Of a stretch of 64,000 nucleotides of DNA, positions 24,929 through 36,584 are shown piece by piece (position 1 is the stretch's first letter; each line of letters begins with the position of its first letter). This DNA comes from Heterodontus francisci. Its lineage: Eukaryota. The stretch lies in NCBI RefSeq assembly GCF_036365525.1, contig NC_090381.1, positions 65,434,950 through 65,498,949 on the forward strand, in the 5' to 3' direction. The translations under genes were made by a program, and so were the position numbers. The notes beneath the pieces are model-generated. The model made no database searches and was not told the DNA's origin. It saw nothing but the letters and a program-made list of their open reading frames with translations.

Positions 24929-26587
24929 AGGCTGGGATTTTATCTGGGCGATGGGGGCCTTGAACATCAGCAAAAGCACCGATGAGAGCCCCTGTGTCAC
25001 CTCCTCTGGGGAAGGTTTGCTGGATCAAGTGCGAATTAGGCACTAAAGTGGACAGAGACGGGCCTTCCCCGGGGTCAAGGACAATTGGCCAATCACAGCC
25101 TGGCAGCTCTTTTTTTTTAATTTCCAAAATATACTTTATTCATAAAAATCTGTAAAAAAATACATTACCAGTTTCAAACAGCACCAAGTCAAAAAATACA
25201 AACAGTGCAAAGGTGATCAGTTTCCTTCAATACAATCATGAGTTGTCTCACAACCCTTCCATTTCATTTGTCATGCCAGACGCATTTTTACATTTTACAG
25301 CACACGAAATTTTCCCGGTACAGTTCGAGGGGTTTTCCATGGATCCAGCCCCTCCGTTCAGCTTGGTGGGGGGACCTTACACAGTGGTCTTTCCCCATTG
25401 AGCCTTTGCTGCGGCTGCCCCAAGCTTTAGTGCGTCCGTCAGCACGTAGTCCTGGACCTTGGAATGTGCCAGTCTGCAACATTCGGTCATGGACAACTCT
25501 TTGCGCTGGAAGACCAGCAAGTTTCGGGCAGACCAAAGGGCATCTTTCACCGAATTGATAGTCCTCCAGCAGCAGGTGATGTTTATCTCGGTGTGCGTCC
25601 CTGGGAACAGCCCTTAGAGCACAGACTCCTGTGTTACAGAGCTGCTTGGGATGAGCCTCGACAAAAACCACTGCATCTCTTTCCACACCTGCTTTACAAA
25701 GACACATTCCAGAAGGAGGTGGGCAACCGTCTCTTCCCCACCACAGCCACCGCGAGGGCATTGTGCGGAGGGGGGTGAGACTTCGGGCGTGCAGGAAGGA
25801 TCTGATGGGGAGGGCTCTTCTCACCACCAGCTAAGCTACGTCTTGGTGCTTGTTTGAAAGTTCTGGTGATGAGACATTCCGCCAAATGACTTTGGCGGTC
25901 TGCTCGGGGAACCATCCGACAGGATCCACTGTCTCCTTTTCCCGTAGGGCCTTGAGGACATTCCGTGCAGACCGCTGCCTGATGGTTTGGTGGTCAAAGG
26001 TGTTTTCCCGCAGAAACTGCTCCACGAAGGATAGGTGGTATGGCACAGTCCAACTGGATGGAGCATTCCGCGGCAATGTGACCAGGCCCATCCTTCGCAA
26101 CACCGGGGACAGATAGAACCTCAGCACGTAGTGACACTTGGAGTTTGCGTACTGGAGGTCTACACACAGCTTGATGCAGCCGCACACGAAGGTAGTCAGC
26201 TCGTTAACTGAGCAGCACTGCCACAGAGGCGGCGGCTGCTGCCGGTAGAGCACTCACCCAAGGTCCTGGAACCAGGCCACCGGTAAGTCATAGCGGGATG
26301 AGTTTTGCAGGGTGGGGGATGCGGGGGAGGGGGTGTAGGAGGGGACGGGGGTGGCTCTCAGCGGGCGTCCCGTTGCCAGGTCCCTCATTCAAACACTGAG
26401 TGCCTTTTAACGAGGGAACCCCCCCCCCCTCCCCCACCACACCAACCCCCCGGAACCCGCCCTGGACTTAATTTGGGTGGAGATGGGAAGGTGACGGGGT
26501 TCCCTCCCCCCGCCCCACCACCATCCCGCCCTATTATATGCTTTCCCTGCCTCAAACTTGTGCAGGGGAAAGCATAAAATTTCTCCC
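24929..26587. mobile_element. Non-autonomous TIR (possibly PIF/Harbinger-like) element interrupted by a Tx1 LINE
   Basis: Imperfect inverted ends GGCTGGGATTTTAT (about 24930) and ATAAAATTTCTCCC (about 26574-26587); GC-rich non-coding interior that continues across the LINE. Confidence 0.45.
25110..26196 (-). mobile_element. Tx1/L1-clade LINE 3' fragment with poly(A) and 6-bp TSD
   Basis: ORF pieces KCHYVLRFYLSPVLRRMGL...WTVPYHLSFVEQF and LSNKHQDVA*LVVRRALPIRSFL (zf-RVT region). AATAAA plus poly(A) on the minus strand at about 25110-25140. CAGCTC at 25104-25109 and 26197-26202. Confidence 0.85.
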
Positions 26588-27757
26588 ATTAAAATCTTCA
26601 TCTTTGTCATTTTTTTCATAATCAATTCCTAGGTCCTCATTTATAATGGAAACTGCCCAGGCAAAGTAGCTACACTTCAAAATGGGAACTGAATGCCATC
26701 TGTACACCATAGTTCAATTATGTTCCACCTTCAGCAGAATTCACCGTTGGTATCTCCATTCCTCACATCATCTGTGGTGCTTTTCTGATGCTATTACCTG
26801 GCCTTAAATCTGGAATTCTCAACGCAAGTCTTCTTCACATTTCTGGGTTGTCTGTGTGATTTGCCTTCTTGAAAACCCTTTTTGCTCTTAAAACAGCCAG
26901 TGTGTTCAGGTTTGCACCCCTTTTAATAAATAATTTATGGCTGCATCATGTTTACTTTCCTTATTTCTGTTTACCTGCAAAACGTTTTCTTCCCTGTTCC
27001 AGCCCAGGTTTTCTCTGTTTCAGTCCACATTTTCTCTTTGAGGCAGTCCTGGTTTTCTTTTGACTTTTTTTTCTCTGTGGTTGCTTTCTTAACCTTGGAA
27101 CATCCTGTGCTTCATCTTTTTTTCTCCTCTTCTCATCGCCAGAAATTGTAGTGTTGTGCTGTGTTCTTAAGTCTTTTTTAAATGACAACCACAGGCTTTA
27201 TATTTGGATTCAACACAAACACTATTGTCTTACTTATCTAGATTGCATGGTTCCAGGTACTGGTCTTTCCCTGTGTGCTTTTTTTGTGCGTGCTTCCTAT
27301 AAAGACATGTGCTGAGTGTGCTCTCAGAATAGTGTTTGCTCTTTATATATGTCTGGTGATGTCATCAGTTGCATCAATGGCCTGATCTCTTCAAGATGCG
27401 GTTTCTTAAAGGTGAAGACACCACTGCACTACACTAGGGATGTTTACCTAGTGATTGCAGAACACACTCCATTGTAGTAAACAAATTTTCCACATTCAGA
27501 AATACAACTGAAAGTTGGCACATAGTTTATTTTCATTAGTTCGGTTTCGGTACAATAAAGCTAACTTGTTGCTTTGTTAACTCAAGAAAACCTGTCCGAT
27601 TGGTTCTTGTTATGATCATAGCAAGTAAGTAATCAAACACCTACTGAATTGGCCAGTACATCCACTTTAAGAAAGAATTACGCCTGTTGTGGTCAAACAG
27701 GGAGAGGGAAAAAAGGGAAGCCCTTCGACCCCTCTTCACCCAACCATAACAGAAATT

Positions 27758-27775
27758 TGGGGGCTCATTCGGGAT
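27758..27775 (+). promoter_or_regulatory. Primer-binding site, tRNA-Pro type
   Basis: TGGGGGCTCATTCGGGAT versus canonical tRNA-Pro PBS TGGGGGCTCGTCCGGGAT, 6 nt after the LTR end. Confidence 0.8.
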
Positions 27776-30700
27776 CAAACTCAAAGACAAATGGGAAATT
27801 GGAAGCAGGAAACTAAATATATCCCGAGCAACAATTTAAAAATTTCAATAGAGGTTTTCTTGGGGGTTTCAGTGCTAGAGTACTAAAATGTCCACATTCA
27901 AGACCAGTACCTTCCTAGAACAGTGAAGTAACTTGGGCCGGGTGTCTTGAAGAGTTGAGGAATGTAGCTGGGCAGTTCGAGATGATTATCCGTCCAAAAG
28001 CTAGGTAGCCTGAATTCTTAAAACCCATGGCCAACCATTTTAAAATTGACATTGAAGAACTGGAGACAGGTATAGAATCTGAAACAAGACAAAGTAACAT
28101 TAGCCAAGGTACAACTAGAACCGAGGAGACTAGAATTAGAGAAGGAGAAAAAGAAGAGAGAGTTTCAGGAAAGAGAAAAAGAGAGAGCTTTCCAGAGAGA
28201 GAAAGAGGAGATAGAATTCCAGGAAAGGGAAAAAGAGCTTTCCAAAGGGAGTTAAGGCAGCTGGAACTGAATAGAAAAAGACCCAATGTACCCAGTGAAG
28301 ACAGCATTAGTGAGGGAACTACCCCTAGCTCAGGACCAGGTGCTGAGTTCTTAAAGTTCTCCCAAAGTTATGTCAAAGTTCAATGAGGCAGATGTGGAAG
28401 CATTTTCTGTCTCTTTTGAAAAGCTTGCAAAATTGCTGAGGTGGCTGACAGAGAACTGGACACTGTTATCGCAAAGCAAACTAACAGAAAAAGCCCATGA
28501 GGTTTATTCACTGTTGCCTGATGAGCGGTCATCAGATTATGAGGTAATAAAAATGCTGTCCTGGGTACATATGACCTAGTACTGGAGGCGTACCGCCAAA
28601 AATTCCAAACCCTCCAAAAGCAGCATGAATAAACTTACCTCAAATTTGAAAGAGTTAAGCAGCTTGCTTTTGACCGATTGATATAGGCACTGAAGATAGA
28701 GTCCACCAATGAAAACCTCAGAGAGGTGATCCTCCTTGAGAAGTTCAACACTCGCTTCCCCTTTCCATAAGAAACCACTTGGAGGAACAAAAGGTTCCAA
28801 GAGCCAGGCAGGCAACAATCCTGGCTGATGATTATACACTTATTCACAGGCCCTTTCCCCAAGGGAAACCCTTCCCTAGTCACCTCCAAAAACCTGAAAA
28901 GGATAGAAGGTGGGTGCGTGATAGGAGGATGAACAGCCATGGGCGAGAAGGGAGAGCTGGAAACACGGGGCCCTCCTCGGGTCAAAAAGGAAGGTGTAGA
29001 GAACAGGAGTGACGCCTGAAACCTGTATGTTTCCATTGTAACAAGGCAGGTCACCTTTGAGCTGCTGGAAGTTAGGAGGAAAACCCATAGGTTTAGTCAG
29101 GGTACACCAGACCAGTGCAGGAAAAGGGGCCCTGATGGAAAGCACTGCGGATCAGGCTGTCGGTTTAACTGCGGCAGTAAAACCCAGTAAACCTACTGCT
29201 GAGAGTGTGGGAAAATGTAACAAAATCCCAGAGAGTTACCAGGATTTTGTGTCCAGAGGAAAAGTAACCCCATACCCCTCGAGTGAGGTGAGTAAGCCCA
29301 TAGTCATACTTAGGGATACAGGGGCCACTCAATTCCTTCTGCTGGGAAAAGGCATGACCTGTCCCCCAGAGAGTGCATTGAATGCTTGAGTGCTAGTAAA
29401 CGGTATCGGAGGAAAGTATATGCTTATACCTTTATACCAGATGCACCTGCAGTGTGACCTTGTTTCAGGACCATGGGGATTGTGCCTAGTTTACCTGTGG
29501 AAGGGGTCAACTTGCTCCTGGGTAATGATCTGGCGGGGGCAAAGGTGGTAGCTTCCCCAGTGGTTTTAGAAAGACAAAAAGAGGTCAGGGAGACAGAGCA
29601 GTTGCAGGAAAAATGTCCCTGGCATTTTTCTTGACTGTGCGGTGACCTGGTCCATGGCCAAACAAGCTCCATCAAAGGAGGCTGAACTGGCATAGTCAAC
29701 AGATGACCTACTGTCTGGTTATCTGAAACCTTCTTTGGGAAGTTGGAGGACCCAAAGGATGGTTTAAACAGGTCTTCCTTTGTCGAGGCTCAGCAAGCTG
29801 ACTCAGGATTTAAAATGTTAGTACAGACTGCCCAAACTGAGGCTGAAGCAGAGGGAGTTCCAGAGTGCTACTATTTAAAGGATGAGGTGCAGAAGAGAAA
29901 TGAAGATCTCCTCACAGACCTGCAGATGAAGAGTGGACAGTGGGTCATCAGATAGTGGTGCCGCCGAGGTACCTTAGGGAAATATTGAGAAGAGTCCACA
30001 AGACTCCAATGGCTGGATGTGTCGATATCAGAAAATCCCAAACCCGCATCAGACAGCATTTTCACTGGCCACAACTCCACAAGGATGTGGTAGAGTTCTG
30101 TAGGATTTGCCACAGGTGCCAGGTTGTGGGGAAGCCTCAACCTGCAATAAAACCTGCACCCCTAATTCCCATACCGGCTTTTGGGGAACCATTCAGCAGA
30201 GTGCTGGTAGATTGTGTGGGCCCCTGCCGAAAACAAAAGGGGGCTTCTAGTATCTTCTCACTATGTTGAATGTAACTACTTGATTTCCAGAGGCTATTCC
30301 TCTAAGAACTGTCTCTGCCAAGGTAGTGGTGGAGGGGCTAACTCAATTCTTCACCTGACATGGGCTGCCTGCTGAGATCCAGTCAGATCAGGGGACAAAT
30401 TTTATGTCCAGTATTTTTCAAAAGATCATGGGTTATCTGGGCATAACCCTGCTAAGGTCCTCAGCCTACCACCCACAATCACAGGGGGCTTTGGAGCAGT
30501 ACCACCAGATCCTAAAGACAATGATCAGGGCATACTGCTATGAGTACCTCCATGACTGGGACAAAGGGCTAGGATTTCTTCTGTTTGCTACCAGGGTCTC
30601 ACCCAATGAGTCCACTGGCTTTAGTCCCTTTGAATTACTTTATGGATACAAGGTGAGAGATCCTGTAAAACTAATCAAGAAGAGGTTTTTTGGGACACAG

Positions 30701-31444
30701 GGACGAATCTACCCTGTTAGACGACATCACCATGTTCCGAGAAAGGCTCACAAGAGCCTGTGCGGTGGCTCAGGAACACCTAAAAAAAAAACTCCCAACT
30801 ATGAAAAGGCAGGCAGATAAACATACCAAGGCCAGATCATTTCAGCCCAGAGACCGTGTGTTAGTGCTATTACCAATACAGGGAGAACCATTGAAAGCCC
30901 GGTTCAATGGCCCGTATAGAGTAATAAAGAGAATTATCAAGGTGAATTATATAATTGACACCCCAGATCGTAAGAAAAAACAAAGGCTGTGCCACATCAA
31001 TATGTTAAAACAATATCAGCCTGGAAGGGGACAAGCAAGCACAAGTCTGTCAAGCAGTCAGGAAAGAGGAGGGTGAAAGGGACGGTGAGGACGAGTTAGA
31101 GGAAGGCCAAGAGGATTCCGAAATTGAACCCCCTACCGTCCAGTTAACTAATACTGAAATGCTAAGGAAATTAAACACCGTACTCTCCTATTTAAATGCA
31201 GAACAGAGAGGGGACCTAACAAGGCTGCTCACAGCATTCAAGGGATCTGCAGGGACAAACCAGGTGCAGAACCCTAACCCTACACAATATGGATATACTG
31301 ACCACAATCCTTTGACCTTTGTAGAGAAATTCAAAGCCCATAATGCAAGGCTTTTTCATTGGAGCCTGCTGCTGCAACCTTAGCACCTAAAAATTATCCA
31401 CGTTGCAGGGATGACTTTGCTAGCAGCTTAGGATGGCCACCTAA

Positions 31445-31769
31445 TTTTATTTATTTATTTATATTTTTTAAGAGATACAGCACTGAAACAGGCCCTTCGG
31501 CCCACCGAGTCTGTGCCGAACAAGAACCACCCATCTATACTAACCCTACAGTAATCCCATATGCCCGACCACCTACCTACACTAGGGGCAATTTACAATG
31601 GCCAATTTACCTATCACTTGCAAGTCTTTGACAGTGGGAGGAAACCGGAGCACCCGGCGAAAACCCACGTGGTCACAGGGATAACTTGCAAACTCCGAAC
31701 AGGTAGTACCCAGAATTGAACCTGGGTCCCTGGAGCTGTGAGGCTGCGGTGCTTGCCACTGTGCCACCC
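31445..31769 (-). mobile_element. HE1-like V-SINE (variant subfamily, (TAAA)n tail) nested in the Gypsy element
   Basis: Same head and V-domain as the other copies, with a shorter 3' body. Confidence 0.88.
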
Positions 31770-32387
31770 TAAATTTGCAACACTGTATCCTACATTGCAA
31801 GGCCTGTGATGAGGGAGATGAAATGGCTGCTTATTTCTCAGCAAGAATCAATACCCAGGATGTTTAAGGGAACTACCTTTTTTAGCAAGAAAAGAAATAC
31901 TGCTAACTGCTATGTTTGAATCATTGAGTGACTGTCATGTGACAAGTCCCTCCCCATCTGTGGTTTTAAGCTTTTGTTTCTCTGTAACCGAAAGAGAAGC
32001 AACTGGACTCTGACACATGGAGACCCAAGTGGGAGTTGTCTCTCTCTCCATTCCAGCTTGAAAGCTTCAAATCCTGCTTGTTGACTGATCACCTTTGCAT
32101 GCTCTGGCTACAATCAGAAACCCCATTGGAGGAAATCATCCGCATCGCAATATCCAAGAAACCCATCTTCAAACTAAAAGCCTCAGTACCACCGAATTCA
32201 GCTAGAAACCAGCCGAATCACCAAACGCCACAGACTGTATACCCTTTTATTTTCTATGGACTCTAACTCAACTAATCTACATTTCCCCACTCTAACCTAT
32301 TTGTGTGTATGTATGTGTGTGTAAACCTCTAGTGTGTGAGTGAAAGTTAGCACTTAGTTTATTATTTCTATTATTTTATTTATTATT

Positions 32388-34068
32388 ACTAAATGCATAC
32401 TTTGTTTCTGTCTTCACAAAGGGACGACACAAATATCATACCAGAAATGTTGGGGAACACAGGGCTTAGTGAGAGAGAGAGGAACTGAAAGAAATCAGTA
32501 TTAGTAGAGAAATGGTGTTGGGACAATTGATGAGATTGAAGGCCGATAAATCCCCAGGGCCTGATGATATGCATCCCAGAGTACTTAAGGAAGTGGCCCT
32601 AGAAATAGTGGATGCATTGGTGGTCATCTTCCAAGACTCTATAGACTCTGGAGCAGTTCCTATAGATTGGAGGGTAGCTAATGTAACCCCACTATTTAAA
32701 AAGGGAGGTAGAGAGAAAGCAGGGAATTGTAAACCAGTCAGCCTGACGTCCATTATCAAAGATTTTATCGCAGAGCACTTAGAGAACAGTGGTAGAATCG
32801 GGCAGAGTCAGCATGGATATACGAAAGGGAAATCATGCTTGACAAATCTACTAGAATTCTTCGAGGATGTAACTAGTAGAGTTGATGAGGGGGTGCCAGT
32901 GGACGTGGTTTATTTGGACTTTCAGAAGGCTTTTGACAAAGTCCCACGTAAGAGATTTGCATGTAAAATTAAAGCGCATGGGATTGGGGGTAGTGTATTG
33001 CTATGGATAGAAAATTGGTTGGCGGACAGGAAACAAAGAGTAGGGATAAAATGGGTCTTTTTCCGAATGGCAGGCAGTGACTAGTGGGGTACCGCATGGA
33101 TCGGTGCTCGGACCCCAGCTATTCACAATATACATTAATGATTTAGATGAGGGAACTAAATCTAATATCTCCAAATTTGCAGATGACACAAAACTGGATG
33201 GGAGGGTGAGTTGTGAGGAGGATGCAAAGAGGCTTCAGGGTGATTTTGACAAATTGAGTGAGTGGGCTAATGCATAGCAGATGCAGTATAATGTGGATAA
33301 ATGTGAGGTTATCCACTTTGGTAGCAAAAACACGAAGGCAGATTATTATCTGAATGACTATAAACTGAGAGAGAGGAATATGCAGCAAGACCTGGGTGTT
33401 CTCGTACACCAGTCGCTGAAGGTAAGCATGCAGGCGCAACAGGTGGTAAAAAAGACAAATGGTATGTTGGCCTTCATAGCGAGAGGATTCGTGTACAGGA
33501 GCAGGGATGTCTTGCTGCAATTATACAGGGCCTTGGTGAGGCCACACCTGGAATATTGTGTGCAGTTTTGGTCTCCTTATCTGAGGAAGGATGTTCTTGC
33601 TATAGAGGGAGTGCAGCGAAGGTTTACCAGACTGATTCCTGGGATGGTGGGACTGATGTATGAGGAGAGATTGAGTCGGTTGGGATTATATTCACTGGAG
33701 TTCAGAAGAGTGAGGGGGGATCTCATAGAAACCTATAAAACAGGGTAGATGCAGGATGTTCCCGATGGTGGGGGAGTCCTGAACCAGGGGCAGGGTAAAC
33801 CTTTCAGGACTGAGATGAGGAGATATTTCTTCACCCAGAGAGTGGTGAGCCTGTGGAATTCGCTACCACAGAAAGCAGTTGAGCCAAGACATTGTACATT
33901 TTCAAGAAGGAGTTAGATATAGCTCTTGGGTCTAAAGGGATCAAAGGGTATGGGCTGAAAGTGGGAACAGGCTACTGTGTTGGATGATCAGTTATGATCA
34001 TAATGTATGGCAGAGCAGGCTCGAAGGGCCGAATGGCCTACTCCTGCTCCTGTTTTCTATGTTTCTAT
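32388..34068 (+). mobile_element. CR1 LINE (RT region to 3' end) inserted in the Gypsy 3' LTR
   Basis: [52 protein letters not shown] and RPHLEYCVQFWSP; LTR sequence resumes at about 34065. Confidence 0.93.
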
Positions 34069-34369
34069 TTCCACTAGTTTGGTTTAGGTGCAATAAAAGT
34101 TAACCTCTTTGTTAACTCAAGAAAACCTGTTGATTGGTTCTTGTTATGATGAACTGGCCAGTACATTCACTTCAAGAAAGAATTCAACCTATTGTGCTCA
34201 AACGGGGAGGGAAAAAGGGAGGCCCTTCCACCTGACCGTACCAACAACTAATGTGCATTTTTTTTATTGAAGACCAAGAAATGATCTCTGATAGTTGTAG
34301 CAGACTGTCACTTCTGATTTCTCCTCTCCTGAATCCTTTCCCTGATTTGAAGAAGGCAATTTCCTGTTC

Positions 34370-34518
34370 TTGGAACATGCAGAAAACGTTGGAATCACTC
34401 AGCAGGAATAGAGTTAACCCTTCAGCTCATCTGATGAAAGGTGTTTTTTCTCTTTCCACAAATGCTGCCTGACCTCCTGAGTATTTCCAACATCTGCAGT
34501 ATTTAGCTTTTGTTTCAG
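34370..34518. mobile_element. Fold-back Penelope-end-derived element upstream of the ECT2 promoter
   Basis: Left arm GTTGGAATCACTCAGCAGG is complementary to right arm CCTCCTGAGTATTTCCAAC; central CTGATGAAAGG. Confidence 0.6.
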
Positions 34519-34545
34519 TAGCTCGCTCAAAAGATCATTTTTATC

Positions 34546-34801
34546 CCAATCGAGGACGGTGGTTCGCTGACCAATCAGACATGGCTTATGTGTCGTCAGA
34601 CCCAATCACAGATGATACAACGTTAATTCCAGCGTGAACAACCAATCAGGAAAAGCCGTTTATGCCTATCAATGGAATATCAGTATGGACCAATGAGACA
34701 AGCGTTTAGGACGGTGGCTGGAAGTTTGAATTTTTTTTGTTGGCGGCGGTGGGAGCTGAGGTTCCAAAGCCGTTTGAAGACGATAAAGCGCGAAATTTAA
34801 A
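34546..34801 (+). promoter_or_regulatory. ECT2: ECT2 G2/M cell-cycle promoter: five CCAAT boxes, CDE/CHR and E2F-like site
   Basis: CCAAT at 34546, 34571, 34602, 34642 and 34690; GGCTG-GAAG-TTTGAA at 34716-34730 (CDE-4nt-CHR); second TTTGAA at 34773-34778; GCGCGAAA at 34788-34795 followed by TTTAAA; CpG-rich. Confidence 0.8.
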
Positions 34802-34945
34802 TCGGAGTTTGCTTTAAAACACTTGTCGGCAGGGCCGCGGGTTGCGTGAGTGGTGTAGTGTGTCGGAGGCCCCTTTGATTTAGAGGGAGCCAGCTGTTGG
34901 TCTGTTTGTCCGGCCGCGTCGTCGCTGCTCGAAGCCTGGGTGACA

Positions 34946-35048
34946 ATGGCTGAGTGGAGCGTAGAGGCCGCCAGCGCTGGGAGTCTCCTGTCCGCCTTCG
35001 ATTCCAAGGAACACCTGCTGGCCGAGGCCGCATCGTACGCCGTTGAAG
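34946..35048 (+). CDS. ECT2: ECT2 first coding exon (MAEWSVEAASAGSLLSAFDSKEHLLAEAASYAVE)
   Basis: ACAATGG Kozak context; resembles human MAENSV...IFDSK...KENLL...SYVEE; G|GTAACG phase-1 donor matching the next exon. Confidence 0.8.
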
Positions 35049-35333
35049 GTAACGAAAATATTTCTGTAAGGCTCTGGTTCCCGTGTCCGAACGCGGTCAC
35101 GGAGTAGTCGCCACCATTCCCCCGGTATCTGGTAAAAATCCAAACTGCAGCAATGGCTGAGCCTTCCATTGAAGGGACAACGCTCTTTATTCCAACAATA
35201 AAAGATTCTTGTAACTGCATTTCTTCCTGATACACCCACATGTTGGGTGATGTAAATATTGTAACAAACTGGTATATACACACATCGACTGAAGCTGAAA
35301 TATTCACTGTAAACAGGCTTCAGGTTGGACACT

Positions 35334-35513
35334 AATACAAAAGCAAAAACTGTGGATGCCGGAGTTCTGAAACAAAAACAGAAAATGATGGAAAGTTTCA
35401 GGCCAGGCAGCATCTGTGGAGAGAAACAGTTAACGTTTCAGGTCGTGACCTTTCGTTAACTCTTTCTCGACAGATGCTGCCTGACCTGAATATTTGCAGG
35501 ATTTTCCGTTTTT
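35334..35513. mobile_element. Fold-back element made of two opposed Penelope ends, flanked by 17-bp direct repeats
   Basis: CAGGCAGCATCTGT...GTTAACG / CGTTAAC...ACAGATGCTGCCTG inverted arms; GCTTCAGGTTGGACACT (35317-35333) and GCTTCAGGTTAGACACT (35514-35530). Confidence 0.75.
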
Positions 35514-35639
35514 GCTTCAGGTTAGACACTGACCTGTGCTGATATATGTACTTTATTAAAAAAACTGCTGCAGTTAGTGAAACGCTGATCATTACATATA
35601 AATGCTTACAATTGGAATAAAGTGTTTCTGATGCAACAT

Positions 35640-35775
35640 TAAAATAAAAGCAAAATACTGCGGATGCTGGAAATCTGAAATAAAAACAAGAAATGCTGGA
35701 ACCACTCAGCAGGTCTGGCAGCATCTGTGAAAAGAGAGGCAGAGTTAACGTTTCGGGTCAGTGATCCTTCGGAAC
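35640..35775 (-). mobile_element. Penelope-like terminal-repeat fragment
   Basis: Reverse complement of the 55331-55464 and 15740-15829 motif (…TGACCCGAAACGTTAACT…CAGATGCTGCCAGACCTGCTGAG…). Confidence 0.8.
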
Positions 35776-35914
35776 ATTGCTAGCTTAATACGTCCGACAG
35801 ATGTGTAAAGATATCATAAATGCTTTTGTTAGGAGTAGGGAATGTGTAATATTAAGATGGTGTATGCTGTTATGTTAATTATGTTAAAGGTGCTGTGTAA
35901 ATACAAGTTGCTGT

Positions 35915-36310
35915 TTACAGAATCACAGAATTGTCACAGCGCAAAAGGAGGCCGTACAGCCTGTCGTGTCTGTGTTGGCTCACCTAAGGAGCAATTCCCC
36001 TGGTGCCACTACCCCATCTTCTCCCTGTAGCCTTGTGCAATTTTACTTTTCAGATAACAATCCAATTCCCTCTTGAATGCCTAGATTGAAACTGCCCCCA
36101 TCACACTCTCAGGCAGTGCATTCCAGATCCTAACCACTTGCTGCAAGAAAAAGTTTTCTGCTGTCGTCATTGCTTCTTTTGCCAATTACCTTAAATCTGT
36201 GCTCTCTTCCTGAAGCTTCCACCAATAGGAACAGTTTTTTCTTATCTAGTCTGTTCAAACCCCTGAAGATTTTAAATATCTCTATCAATTCTCCTCTCCC
36301 TTCCATGGTC
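35915..36310 (-). mobile_element. CR1 LINE 3' fragment, decayed
   Basis: Minus strand RGELIEIFKIFRGLNRLDKKKLFLLVE...HRFKVIGKR; CR1 tail. Confidence 0.75.
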
Positions 36311-36584
36311 CTAATAGTGTAACATTTTCTCTTTGGCCAAAATGTGCAATTATAGTGTGCCATGCTCAAGTTGGCATTATGCATTATAAATATGGATATA
36401 AGGAATTGATGGTGGAAATCAAAAAGCAATGCATGGCTTTGAAATGGGCACTGTATTACATATGTATATCCTGCTTCAATTATTCACTGTCCTCTAGCCC
36501 TCCTTCATTTGAAAACTGCCTTTAATCAGTGCCATGAGAGATCAGCTAATGTTTTTTATAATTTTTTTTGGTTCTGTTTTCTAG

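Larger units (their letters stand above)
27509..34246 (+). mobile_element. Gypsy LTR retrotransposon of Gmr1 type (gag-PR-IN-[RT deleted]-RH end), decayed
   Basis: Partial 5' LTR 27509-27751 ending in ACA, followed by a PBS. SCAN-like gag KFNEADVEAFSVSFEKLA; protease LRDTGATQ; integrase zinc-finger H...C-x2-C, FSRVLVDCVGP and HPQSQGALE; RNase H tail YTDHNPLTF...RLFHWSLLLQP. The 3' LTR is split by a CR1 and ends at about 34246. Confidence 0.88.

Noticed and set aside
26700-27440. Lys/Arg-rich minus-strand ORF and LTR-like stretch upstream of the Gypsy element
   Set aside because: No recognisable domain or verifiable boundaries; probably an old repeat that I cannot classify.
575-31769. All five HE1-like SINEs lie on the minus strand
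   Set aside because: Five of five has a two-sided chance of 1 in 16, and they lie in different genic contexts; not persuasive.
34669-35413. 212-aa and 177-aa minus-strand ORFs over the ECT2 promoter and first exon
   Set aside because: GC-rich, stop-poor CpG island antisense to ECT2, partly starting in a repeat; no recognisable protein features.
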